A stretch of DNA of 57,735 bases from a virus. Taxonomy: Duplodnaviria > Caudoviricetes. The translations under genes were made by a program, and so were the position numbers. This document shows positions 40,264 to 48,881 of the stretch, one piece after another. Where the stretch lies: positions 1 to 57,735 of IMG/VR virus record IMGVR_UViG_3300017575_000049; one strand, written 5' to 3'. The stretch's first letter is position 1. Every line of letters starts with the position of its first letter. The notes under the pieces were generated by a model. The model did no database searches. It saw nothing but the letters and a program-made list of their open reading frames with translations, and was not told where the DNA came from.

Positions 40264-41087
40264 CAGATATCCCGTCGTTTCATGACCGGCAGTGGGTACC
40301 AGCTGATTGGTCGTGTCCCAACAATGTCACTCACCAATCGGTTCCACGCCGATGGTCGGGTATCCAGGTCCGTACAGTGGATACCCCAGTTGTCTCGGCG
40401 AAGCTTGGGGCCGATGTTCGACCCGGTATCAGGGTCGTACAGGCGGTCGCCTCGTTCGAAATAATCGGTAAACTCCTCCTTGTACGCGATGCCATCAAAG
40501 TCAACCTCCAGTGGAAAGTGACGCTCGGCATAGTCAAGCAGCCGACTTCGAAAGACATCGTCGCCATCTATCTCATCCCACGATTCGGTGTCCTCCCACT
40601 GGTCCAGGTCCAGGTCCTCCTCCAGCCGAAGCTTACTCAGCAACACCGGAGCATCGTCGTGAATGTGGTCATATATCTCCTCACGAACCGCTAACCACTG
40701 GTTCCACGGCTTTGTCTTCTTGATGTCCATATCGACAGCCAGCGGGACCTGGTCACCATCATCTGTTACAAGATACTGCAGGTCACCATCATCGGTCTGT
40801 GTATACTCACCATAGATGCGCCAGTCAACGGCCGAGTCAATATCGAAGTAATCGTACAGCAGCTCTGAAAACGCGACTTCTGCCATCTTTCCTTCGACGC
40901 GAGCATTGACAAACCGACTGAATCCGTTGCTCCCACCTCGCTGGTCCAGTCGCTTCGTCGGGGTTGACCCGTCCCACCACAACTCCATCCCGTGTCTGAT
41001 GGCGATAGGCAATGACTCGCGACCGACGGTCACCGTCGGCTCGAACAGCATCCCGGCATGAAATGGCCGACTGGGATACTGACTCAT
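40263..41087 (-). CDS. Putative restriction-endonuclease-fold nuclease
   Basis: GKMAEVAF...DDGD...DIKKTK motif. Confidence 0.5.
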   Translation of the reverse strand: MSQYPSRPFHAGMLFEPTVTVGRESLPIAIRHGMELWWDGSTPTKRLDQRGGSNGFSRFVNARVEGKMAEVAFSELLYDYFDIDSAVDWRIYGEYTQTDDGDLQYLVTDDGDQVPLAVDMDIKKTKPWNQWLAVREEIYDHIHDDAPVLLSKLRLEEDLDLDQWEDTESWDEIDGDDVFRSRLLDYAERHFPLEVDFDGIAYKEEFTDYFERGDRLYDPDTGSNIGPKLRRDNWGIHCTDLDTRPSAWNRLVSDIVGTRPISWYPLPVMKRRDI

Positions 41088-41626
41088 GTGCCCACATCTC
41101 TGTCACTGACCGATTCAACACGGTGCATTGGGCGCGGGCAGATATCAAGCGCCATCGTCTCCGGCTGTGTGGATGCATCGGGCGCATCCAAATCCAGGTC
41201 TGCAGCAACAATATCTACATCTCGTCCACTGCGAATGTATGCATCAACGATGTCCCGCAGATAGTCCATCATCGAAACTGAGAGCCCAGATATTTCGTCA
41301 GTGTAGACGATAACAAAATCGATCATCGAATAGTCCTCGTGTGCCACCGCAGCGATAGGGTCAACAAGATGCTGTCCTGCATCAACCTCTGACAGGATTC
41401 GACTCACCCGCGACTCGACTGCCTCATCACCGCGCGCACTGGTCCCAAACGTTACGATTGTCGTCTCGTATCCATCAACTCGTACCTGCTGTGCGACTCG
41501 AATCGATGTTCCGCCTGTCTCGGTCTGGGCTGCAACGACTTCGACCGGGAGCGTTGTGTGCTCATATCTGGCCCCATGCTCAGTCTCGACCGCCGTCCAC
41601 GATTCGCCTGACGACACCTTCATCAG
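41084..41626 (-). CDS. Hypothetical protein
   Basis: Acidic ORF with ATGA overlap into the next gene; start uncertain. Confidence 0.5.
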   Translation of the reverse strand: MMKVSSGESWTAVETEHGARYEHTTLPVEVVAAQTETGGTSIRVAQQVRVDGYETTIVTFGTSARGDEAVESRVSRILSEVDAGQHLVDPIAAVAHEDYSMIDFVIVYTDEISGLSVSMMDYLRDIVDAYIRSGRDVDIVAADLDLDAPDASTQPETMALDICPRPMHRVESVSDRDVGT

Positions 41627-41683
41627 TATATAATGTGATATGTTTCCACTACAGATAAGTGACTCGGCACGCATACAGCAAGT

Positions 41684-42682
41684 GTGAGTAGTGAGCCGAC
41701 TCCGTTAGCCCACCTGCTATCGTATCGATGTCCGTCGGATGGGTGTCAGAAGATTTTCCCCGACCAGCAGCGCGCCATTCTCCACGCCCGGACCGCACAG
41801 GGTGCTGGACACAGCGATGCACGGATGGACAGCTGGCTGCTGACACAGCTCCGTCGGTTTGCAGACTGCCTGGAATCGGTACCCACCCAGCGCACGATTG
41901 ATGCAATATCTATGCTCCCCTCAAAGAATACCTACACAACCTCATTCGGGAGCTGGAACAATGCACTCATCGAGGCGGGAATGATTCCACAGCGCTCGAT
42001 TGCCACGCCAGCGGTACTGGTCGATGAGCTACAGCGTGTCGCCGAGACGACCGACCGACAGCACGTCCGACGACTCGATATCGAGCGACATGGCAGCTTC
42101 AACCCGAGCACCTATCTCAACCACTTCAATAGCTGGAAGCATGCACTTGAGACAGCCGGGCTCGAGTACAACAACGTCGACACAGTCTCCAGAGCAGAAC
42201 TGCTCACGGCACTTGACGAGGTAGGAGAACACGTTGGGCACGTCCCTGGTCCCACCGATGTTGCCCGACACGGTCGATTCTCACGCAAGCCGTACCGCGC
42301 TCGCTGGGACAACGGAGTCTGGGGCGCAGGCGTGGATAACGGCTGGGAGTTCCTGACAGACAGAGTCCGTCGGCCCAACACGTACGGGCGTGATTCGTAT
42401 CTGGAGCGGATGAACAACGACTGGGACCGCCTTCGGGTCACCGTGGTGAGTCGGGATGAATACTGCTGTCGGGTCTGTGAGACAGATGCGGAAGACGATG
42501 GTGCCCGCCTTGAGGTACACCACATCGACCCCATCTGGCGTGCCGAGGGTATCCTGTCGTACGGTGACGCAGATAGGTTAATCACGCTATGTTCGACATG
42601 TCACCGGTGTCTCGAAGGAATGTGGCCTGATGCCGATGTCAACGAGTTCGAGGCACTGGCCAGGGAGCACTACCTGCTCTGA
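41684..42682 (+). CDS. HNH endonuclease with C2H2 finger and three associated repeats
   Basis: CPSDGC...H, FGSW-type repeats, and RDEYCCRVC...LEVHH...LITLCSTCH. Confidence 0.85.
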   Translation: MSSEPTPLAHLLSYRCPSDGCQKIFPDQQRAILHARTAQGAGHSDARMDSWLLTQLRRFADCLESVPTQRTIDAISMLPSKNTYTTSFGSWNNALIEAGMIPQRSIATPAVLVDELQRVAETTDRQHVRRLDIERHGSFNPSTYLNHFNSWKHALETAGLEYNNVDTVSRAELLTALDEVGEHVGHVPGPTDVARHGRFSRKPYRARWDNGVWGAGVDNGWEFLTDRVRRPNTYGRDSYLERMNNDWDRLRVTVVSRDEYCCRVCETDAEDDGARLEVHHIDPIWRAEGILSYGDADRLITLCSTCHRCLEGMWPDADVNEFEALAREHYLL

Positions 42683-42685
42683 GCC

Positions 42686-43699
42686 TCAGAGATCACGTCC
42701 CTTCAGGTGGCCACGTCGGCTCTCCTCTTTCTGTTTTTCTGTCCGAGCATCGTAATGCGTCTCCAGCGTGCGGAGTGATACCGACATCCGGTCGCTCACG
42801 ATATCCTTGTCCACATCCTTCCGGAGATGATTGGTGATGGCAGACCGACGGAGTGGGTGTGCGCTCACCGACCCCGGACACTTGGTCTCACCACCCGAAC
42901 TGGTCGCCTCACACTCCTTCTCATCGCGGTCCCACGGACACTCGACACCATACTTACAGGGCCGTGTCGCGCGGTACACAAGCTTGCTGACCGACTTGTA
43001 GTGCATCCGTCCGTGCGAGGTGGCGATAAGTGGCGCACGTTCGTACTCGTCGGTGACAGCTGGGCGTTGCTCTGTCACCCAGGCATCCAGTGCGTGGGCC
43101 AGTTGGTCGTTGGTCACTCCAATGACCCGCGACGCATCTGACCCGCCCTTGATACTGGTACCAGAATGGGGTCGGTGCTCGACAGTCAACGTCCGTTCAT
43201 CCGGATTCCAGTCATCAACATCAAGGGCCATCAGGCCCGACCGGCGGAGGCCAGTGTGGTATAATATGTGTACCACGATATGCGTTCGAGAGGCGAACTT
43301 GTAGTTGGCCAGATACTCGATAATACGAACCATCTCATCGTGTGGTATCATTGTATCCCGAGCCTCGTCAGATTTTTTCAGCTCCGGAACAATGACCGAC
43401 TCACCAATGCCAACCGTTGGCTCGACATGGCCGGTTGTCTCCAGCCACTGGTAGTACTTCCGGAGCGTGTAGAGCGCATTCTTCACCGTGGTAAGCGCCC
43501 AGTCCTTCTCTGCTACGAGATAGCTCTTGTACGTTTCTGCATGGTGTCGCTGCAAGGCATCGACCGTCTCGATGCCCTCTGATTCGGCCCAGGACTGGAA
43601 CGTGCCCAGTCGATACCGATGTTCATCGACCGTCTTCGGATTCAGGTCATGTTGTGCGGTACAGTATCCACGTATCGTGTCTTCTATTGTCTGTGACAT
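42686..43699 (-). CDS. int: Tyrosine integrase (haloarchaeal SNJ2-like)
   Basis: TGLRRS, K, HPLRR and THYD catalytic motifs; Cys-rich insert CKYGVECP; alternative start 43708. Confidence 0.92.
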   Translation of the reverse strand: MSQTIEDTIRGYCTAQHDLNPKTVDEHRYRLGTFQSWAESEGIETVDALQRHHAETYKSYLVAEKDWALTTVKNALYTLRKYYQWLETTGHVEPTVGIGESVIVPELKKSDEARDTMIPHDEMVRIIEYLANYKFASRTHIVVHILYHTGLRRSGLMALDVDDWNPDERTLTVEHRPHSGTSIKGGSDASRVIGVTNDQLAHALDAWVTEQRPAVTDEYERAPLIATSHGRMHYKSVSKLVYRATRPCKYGVECPWDRDEKECEATSSGGETKCPGSVSAHPLRRSAITNHLRKDVDKDIVSDRMSVSLRTLETHYDARTEKQKEESRRGHLKGRDL

Positions 43700-43740
43700 A
43701 TGCGACATCGTGATGCACTGATGTCGGGGGTGCCATCGGA

Positions 43741-44027
43741 GCCGGTCTGGTCATTGCTGACCTCCCAACCTCGGTCTGGACTCGTCACTGTCGAGTCAAG
43801 CGGTACCACCGTTGGGCTCCGGACCAACCAGGGGCGGAGTCGGGCAGACCAGGGCGGTCTCAGCGGTGACACCAGCCACTGGGCATGCACACACTTCGAG
43901 AGGCCCCGTCCTGCCGAGCGTGGCGAGGCAGGGCTCGGCGGGCTCGCGTCAACCGCGAGTCCGCAGGCCGGGTTCAAATCCCGGCGAGTCCAAGCCGAGA
44001 TAGGGAGGTCAGCAATGACCAGACGGC
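43741..44027 (+). ncRNA. Structured tRNA-like element closed by a ~45-bp inverted repeat
   Basis: Outer arms 43741-43786 and 43983-44027; multiple internal helices with G-U pairs on + strand; T-arm. Confidence 0.6.
43968..43992 (+). other. Probable attP core: 3' end of a tRNA (tRNA-Ala-like)
   Basis: CCGGGTTCAAATCCCGGCGAGTCCA next to the integrase; matches my recollection of the haloarchaeal tRNA-Ala 3' end. Confidence 0.7.
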
Positions 44028-44201
44028 GTCGGCGTGACCACGCATAACCGGGATAGCCAGCGTGCGAGGGGACCCATGTCCACTCGAACGCCACACCCCC
44101 GGTACTCCAATGCATCACGATACATCCGACGTCGATACCCAATCTCTTATATTTACCCCGGAGAGCGGAAGTTCTGCCCGGTTAGCCCAGACAGCGTACC
44201 A

Positions 44202-44370
44202 TGCAACAGGGGAGTGGTCGTGCAACAGGGGAGTACTACGGGCCGACCGACCCCGTACACGCACACGTGCGACAGTGTTCAGGCCGACTGGAGTGCCGTA
44301 ACACTACTCGAAACTTCTTTATATATAAGTTTCGTATACGTGCGACAGTGTTCAGGTCGACTGAAGTGCC
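44202..44370. repeat. Direct repeats (14 bp x2, 33 bp x2) around an AT-rich palindrome
   Basis: TGCAACAGGGGAGT at 44202 and 44221; 33-mers at 44265 and 44338 (31/33 identical); CGAAACTT-N10-AAGTTTCG between them. Confidence 0.85.
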
Positions 44371-44672
44371 TCGAACGGTTCGAGCGCGGTAATCGAATCC
44401 AGAACTACCTCGGTCCGGCCAAACGGCATCGCATACGCGTCGGTCGTGTATCCAACATCATCGACCACCAGCAGGCTGAACGAGGCACTCGTGGTCTGAA
44501 CCGTATAGCAGGTCAGCAACCGCATATCTCGCGACCGATTGAGTATCCCGAACTCCTGGGCGAGATGTACCCCCTCACCAATTGAGAGTATGTAGTCGGC
44601 AATCCCGGACGGCATCCGCGACGTCCACTCGATATCGGACAATAGGTCCGACACAGCAAAGCCTGCATTCAT
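44352..44672 (-). CDS. Hypothetical protein
   Basis: 106-aa ORF; start uncertain. Confidence 0.4.
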   Translation of the reverse strand: MNAGFAVSDLLSDIEWTSRMPSGIADYILSIGEGVHLAQEFGILNRSRDMRLLTCYTVQTTSASFSLLVVDDVGYTTDAYAMPFGRTEVVLDSITALEPFEALQST

Positions 44673-44823
44673 TGTAATACTGACATCTTGACCACTCGGT
44701 CAGTGTAACAGTCGTGCGACAGAGATAATTTCGCATCCATACAATGTACCGTATGTGTATACGGTATTTAGCTATATCGGCTGGCAGCAATATATACTGG
44801 TGCAGTAACACGTCCATCGCAGA

Positions 44824-45015
44824 CTACGGGTCGTTCAGCGACGACCAGCGTCCGCTGATTGGGTGAAACAGTGCACTGCTCGATAGTACCCCATCAAGTT
44901 CGACCGACCGGTGTGTGCAGCTACACACCAGCACGTACCCCACACCAGGCCTGAATCCGGCATGAACCGATGCATCACAGTCAGTACAGACCACGGCCTC
45001 GTCGTCCGGTCGCAT
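44824..45015 (-). CDS. Small zinc-finger protein
   Basis: CTDC...CSC. Confidence 0.5.
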   Translation of the reverse strand: MRPDDEAVVCTDCDASVHAGFRPGVGYVLVCSCTHRSVELDGVLSSSALFHPISGRWSSLNDP

Positions 45016-45019
45016 CCAC

Positions 45020-45322
45020 TTAGCTATCGACTGTGTCCACGAAGTCAGCCAGCGCAACCGCATCAGGGATACTCGATAACGTCAGCTCACCGGACTCGGT
45101 CTTGCGGACCAGGCGCATCTCGCGAAGTGGCTTCATGATGCGAGAAATCATCGCCTGTGAGGCCCCGACCGCCTCGGCTATCTCTACCTGCTGGAATGAG
45201 GCAGTATTGTGCCGTGCAAGAAATGTTACAGCGCGGACCTGGGTGTTGTCGCCGAAGAACATCTCCAGGCCGTGCGAACGCGATTCATCATCGATGGCTA
45301 TCTCAGCACTGGTCGAACTCAT
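45020..45322 (-). CDS. Winged-helix transcription regulator
   Basis: QVEIAEAVGASQAMISRIMKPLREMRLV HTH. Confidence 0.8.
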   Translation of the reverse strand: MSSTSAEIAIDDESRSHGLEMFFGDNTQVRAVTFLARHNTASFQQVEIAEAVGASQAMISRIMKPLREMRLVRKTESGELTLSSIPDAVALADFVDTVDS

Positions 45323-45395
45323 CTATTACAAATATGCATCTGAACACTTTAATACTGTCGGGAACGGCTACTATCTGCACCAGCCAACGAGGCGC

Positions 45396-45881
45396 TCACT
45401 CGATGTTGACATAGGCCTGATTGAACTGGATGGCCTGTTCACCGGTCAACGCACTGAACACATCCAGGTCACTGCCATCGACGACCTCGATTGCCTCTAA
45501 CTCAAGCTCCTGCACCACATCGGTACTGACCTCTCGGTTGACCGCCGTCGCGAATATCCGACCAATCTCCTCACCAAGCCTGATGCGGTGGTCTTCGTGG
45601 GCGAGCTCTCTGGTGACACGACTCACCAACAGCGTAATCGCGATGCCGGTGACGCTGTCATGGAGGAAGCTCGGTCGGTACGATTCATCTTGTGTGGCAT
45701 TGTGACGCTCCATTTCGACACGAGCAGCGAACGCATCACTGCCTGTCGCTGACAGCTCTGTCGCCAGGTCATAAAGCAGGTCAGTTGTCAACTCCGACTG
45801 GTCGAAGGTGATAATCTGGTTGTGTACATCAAATTCCTCGCCGACCATCGTCGGGTTGGCGTATGGGTCTCGTGAGTTCAT
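45396..45881 (-). CDS. Hypothetical protein
   Basis: Acidic 161-aa ORF. Confidence 0.6.
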   Translation of the reverse strand: MNSRDPYANPTMVGEEFDVHNQIITFDQSELTTDLLYDLATELSATGSDAFAARVEMERHNATQDESYRPSFLHDSVTGIAITLLVSRVTRELAHEDHRIRLGEEIGRIFATAVNREVSTDVVQELELEAIEVVDGSDLDVFSALTGEQAIQFNQAYVNIE

Positions 45882-46006
45882 ACACGCTATGTAGGTGCAT
45901 GGGGTACTTGTAACCCGGTGGGTGCACCACTATGAACCGCCGTATACGGCCGTCTCAAGGCGATAGAAGATCAGTTGCAACCGTACCACATCGCGCGGTC
46001 GTACTG

Positions 46007-46291
46007 TCAGTCAAGTTGCTCGTCGACAAAGGCCCGCTCGGGGTCGACTGGGTTCCCGTCAGGGTCGACCAGCTGTTCGCCGATAGTCCAGCCTCGGTCC
46101 ACAAGGATGAACGCCGACATAGCGTGTTCACGGGTATCTACAACCGTCTCTCCGGACGGCACAACGCCCTCATGTACCAACACGATGCGGGCCAGCTCCA
46201 TATCAGACTTGGGCTGCAGGCGTTCGTACATCTCCATTCGGTCCATCGTGGTCGATATATCGGGACCAGCAGGCTTCAGTGTACCCCTCAT
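46007..46291 (-). CDS. Hypothetical protein
   Basis: ATGA overlap with the upstream gene. Confidence 0.55.
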   Translation of the reverse strand: MRGTLKPAGPDISTTMDRMEMYERLQPKSDMELARIVLVHEGVVPSGETVVDTREHAMSAFILVDRGWTIGEQLVDPDGNPVDPERAFVDEQLD

Positions 46292-46527
46292 CGTGACCGA
46301 CCTCGAACAAGTACCCAGATGAGAACCCACAGTACCTCGCGCCCGAGCCAGTAGCGGTCAATGTACACAATTAGCCCGGCGCCAAGCACACCCAGCACAA
46401 GGCCGGTGTACGGTCCAATGATATCGGTCAGGACAAACAGCACTACGGCCAGGACGAACAGGACAAACTGCCCATACAACATACACGCCATGCCGACAGC
46501 GTCGCTGGCACTGGGCACATCATCCAT
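46288..46527 (-). CDS. Small membrane protein
   Basis: 2-3 TM segments. Confidence 0.5.
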   Translation of the reverse strand: MDDVPSASDAVGMACMLYGQFVLFVLAVVLFVLTDIIGPYTGLVLGVLGAGLIVYIDRYWLGREVLWVLIWVLVRGRSR

Positions 46528-46654
46528 CAGGCCCCCCCAGGGCAGTGGTTGGCCTGAGTCGTACACCGCAGTGTTGACAGAACCAGGCTGACATCGCAAC
46601 CGAGCGGTCACAGTCCGGACAACAGACCCGGTATGAACCAACCCCATCAGCCAT
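46520..46654 (-). CDS. Small zinc-ribbon protein
   Basis: CPDC...FCQHCG. Confidence 0.55.
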   Translation of the reverse strand: MADGVGSYRVCCPDCDRSVAMSAWFCQHCGVRLRPTTALGGPDG

Positions 46655-46674
46655 CGTCCTCGGTGTATACCATA

Positions 46675-46767
46675 TGTCGACCCTGGGAGTCGAACCCAGC
46701 AGCACGTCTCGGTAACAGCATGGAATCATGGGAAACGATTCAAGACATGCGACACCTCGTAGCCGAC
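46675..46767 (-). ncRNA. D-armless tRNA-like element
   Basis: GTCGGCT/GGTCGAC-A acceptor stem, CTGGG-TTCGACT-CCCAG T-arm and 9-bp central arm. Confidence 0.6.
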
Positions 46768-46809
46768 GGAACCGCAGACAGCGACAGACAGCAACAGACA
46801 GCTATTGAT

Positions 46810-47700
46810 TCAGTTGTCTGAGACAGAAACCCCCTGTGCGTCGCGAGCAGACTGAATCTCGTCATCGCTTGGGTAGGCCTCATCGAGCCAGCCGGTTGCT
46901 CGCTGAAGCGTTGGGTCGGGCTCAAACTCTTCGGTCGGCTGAATAGCCTCAAGCCCGTTGTCGGTCTTGGCCATCACTGTCGACCAGTATGCATCACCGT
47001 CGTATTCGTGGTCGACATCCTTGAGGCGCTGCAAGAGGAACACGACCTTCTTACCCTCGACATCCGGTCGGAGTTGTGTGTCACGCGCGTAGCGTGGAGG
47101 CGTGTAGCCATTGGTGTCATCAAAGTACTCGACAAGCCGACCGTTCGGCGTCGGGAACCCAGAGTTCTCGTTAATGACAGGCTCACCACTCTCGGTGCGC
47201 TCGACATCAGCTGCACCTCTGCCCTTCACATCAAGACACTGAACAGCCGACCGACCAGCGTTGCCAGTCATCTTGATGACAAGCTCATCAACGCCATCGA
47301 AGTCGTCGACCTTCTCTCCGTAGAACAGGTTACCGTCAAAGTCGACACCCGCATTCTCGACCTCGTCGGTAGCCTCATCGTCCAGATTGACGACCTTGAA
47401 GTCATCACCGGTCTCCTTGGTTGAGCTGAAGATAGTCGACCCATCCAGCTTCTTATCTTCGTCGCCCGTCATGATGAACGGGTCCGTCACGATGAGACCG
47501 GCAAATCCGCGGTCCTCATCGTCGGCTGGGTCGCCAGGGAAGCGACGAAGTACGGTGGCGGTGCCACCAATAGCGACTGTCGGGTGTACCTTCAGGTACT
47601 CACAGTTCGATACGTCATACCGCTCGTGGTCATCAGGGTCAACAGACTGCCCGGAGTTGCTCTCCTCAGCAGCTTTCTTGCCGATGTCGGTTACAGACAT
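46810..47700 (-). CDS. Acidic hypothetical protein
   Basis: About 296 aa with a clear promoter upstream. Confidence 0.7.
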   Translation of the reverse strand: MSVTDIGKKAAEESNSGQSVDPDDHERYDVSNCEYLKVHPTVAIGGTATVLRRFPGDPADDEDRGFAGLIVTDPFIMTGDEDKKLDGSTIFSSTKETGDDFKVVNLDDEATDEVENAGVDFDGNLFYGEKVDDFDGVDELVIKMTGNAGRSAVQCLDVKGRGAADVERTESGEPVINENSGFPTPNGRLVEYFDDTNGYTPPRYARDTQLRPDVEGKKVVFLLQRLKDVDHEYDGDAYWSTVMAKTDNGLEAIQPTEEFEPDPTLQRATGWLDEAYPSDDEIQSARDAQGVSVSDN

Positions 47701-47732
47701 TGCAATCAATAGTATGCGTGTGATATACTTAA
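47698..47732 (-). promoter_or_regulatory. Example of the recurrent leaderless promoter (TTAAGTA-N8-GCATAC-N~11-ATG)
   Basis: Same architecture upstream of starts at 24032, 26646, 30306, 41684, 45322, 48648, 51871, 53247 and 54562. Confidence 0.7.
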
Positions 47733-47785
47733 CTGTTAGGTAAGACAGTCATATCGGTCCACGCCACCGTCAGCCTACCACCAGG

Positions 47786-48184
47786 TTACCACTCGTCGCC
47801 AGACGGCATGGTGTACTGTGCACGCTTGAGTATCTGCCAGACCACGATAAGCCCATCTCGAAGCTCACTGGGCAGGCCAAGTCGGCACGCATCAACAAGC
47901 AACGTCAGCTCAGACAGCGCATCGCTCAGATGATTGTATGTGACCCCAGCGTCCGGTGAGAGCACGCTGGCGACGTGAAACCCGTTATCTGGAAACGAGT
48001 CCGCCTTCACTGACTCGATAGCTTCCCGCACCTCGTACAGGGCCATATCGAGTCGTCGACTGGACGACTCCGTGTAGCCAGCAACAAGGAATCCTGCTGC
48101 CTCAGCGGTTGCCGTTATCGCCCCAACAACCGGCGATATCGTTTCATCATGGTCATATTCTTCTATCGGAGCAGTCTCCATCAT
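47786..48184 (-). CDS. Hypothetical protein
   Basis: Start placed at the ATG after the promoter motif. Confidence 0.55.
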   Translation of the reverse strand: MMETAPIEEYDHDETISPVVGAITATAEAAGFLVAGYTESSSRRLDMALYEVREAIESVKADSFPDNGFHVASVLSPDAGVTYNHLSDALSELTLLVDACRLGLPSELRDGLIVVWQILKRAQYTMPSGDEW

Positions 48185-48231
48185 ACACACACGTATGCGT
48201 ACAGCGCAAAAAAGTCTACCGGCAAACAGCC

Positions 48232-48648
48232 CTATCTGCCCGGAACATATTCGATAGCCCGCTGGACCGCAGCCTCGGCCATATGTAACAGACTGACCGC
48301 CTCGAAGGTTGTCTCCGATGCACGGGCCAGAATGTGTGCCTCGTGGATGTGAGTAATGGCTGTATCGAGATGTTCTCTGACTGGGCCCCACCCGCGTTCG
48401 TGGTCGTCGACCGACGGCACCTCGTCATGGGGGAGCAGTGCTCGCTCACGCGCGTGCGTATCGATGATAGCCTGAATCTGGCCCGAGATATCATCGAGAA
48501 AGGCCTGGAACAGTGTAAATGGCGCCTGCGTCATAACACCAGGGTGCGCACTGGTCACCGCATCAACGGTGTCACCAATCAGTGGCGTAATATCTTCGAC
48601 CAGCTCGCGGTTCAGTATCGGTGTGGTGTCATGTATCGGGGATGGCAT
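48232..48648 (-). CDS. Hypothetical protein
   Basis: 138 aa with promoter motif upstream. Confidence 0.6.
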   Translation of the reverse strand: MPSPIHDTTPILNRELVEDITPLIGDTVDAVTSAHPGVMTQAPFTLFQAFLDDISGQIQAIIDTHARERALLPHDEVPSVDDHERGWGPVREHLDTAITHIHEAHILARASETTFEAVSLLHMAEAAVQRAIEYVPGR

Positions 48649-48698
48649 AGCACACCGTATGCGTATAACTGACCTAAGCGTTGGGGTGGCTACTACTA

Positions 48699-48881
48699 TC
48701 AGATGCGCTCGACAATAGCCGACTCATCATTCGATGGGTCGATACAGCCATACCGCGCAGCATGTCGTCCAGCCCGCTGACAGGCAATGTTGGGTCGGCT
48801 GTCGGTCACCTCAGACTTCCATCCGCAAGAGCACACAGCACGCCATAGCGTGGGCCCTGTCGATTCCTGTCTGTCACTCAC
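48699..48881 (-). CDS. Small zinc-binding protein
   Basis: CSCGW...H; GTGA overlap. Confidence 0.5.
   Translation of the reverse strand: MSDRQESTGPTLWRAVCSCGWKSEVTDSRPNIACQRAGRHAARYGCIDPSNDESAIVERI

Noticed and set aside
43778-43992. tmRNA call
   Set aside because: Topology is superficially similar, but there is no G3-U70 pair and no evident tag ORF, and archaea lack SmpB/tmRNA.
44265-44370. Mini-CRISPR array (33-bp repeats, 40-bp spacer)
   Set aside because: Only two repeats, unlike the haloarchaeal repeats I recall; the spacer is a palindromic AT-rich site.
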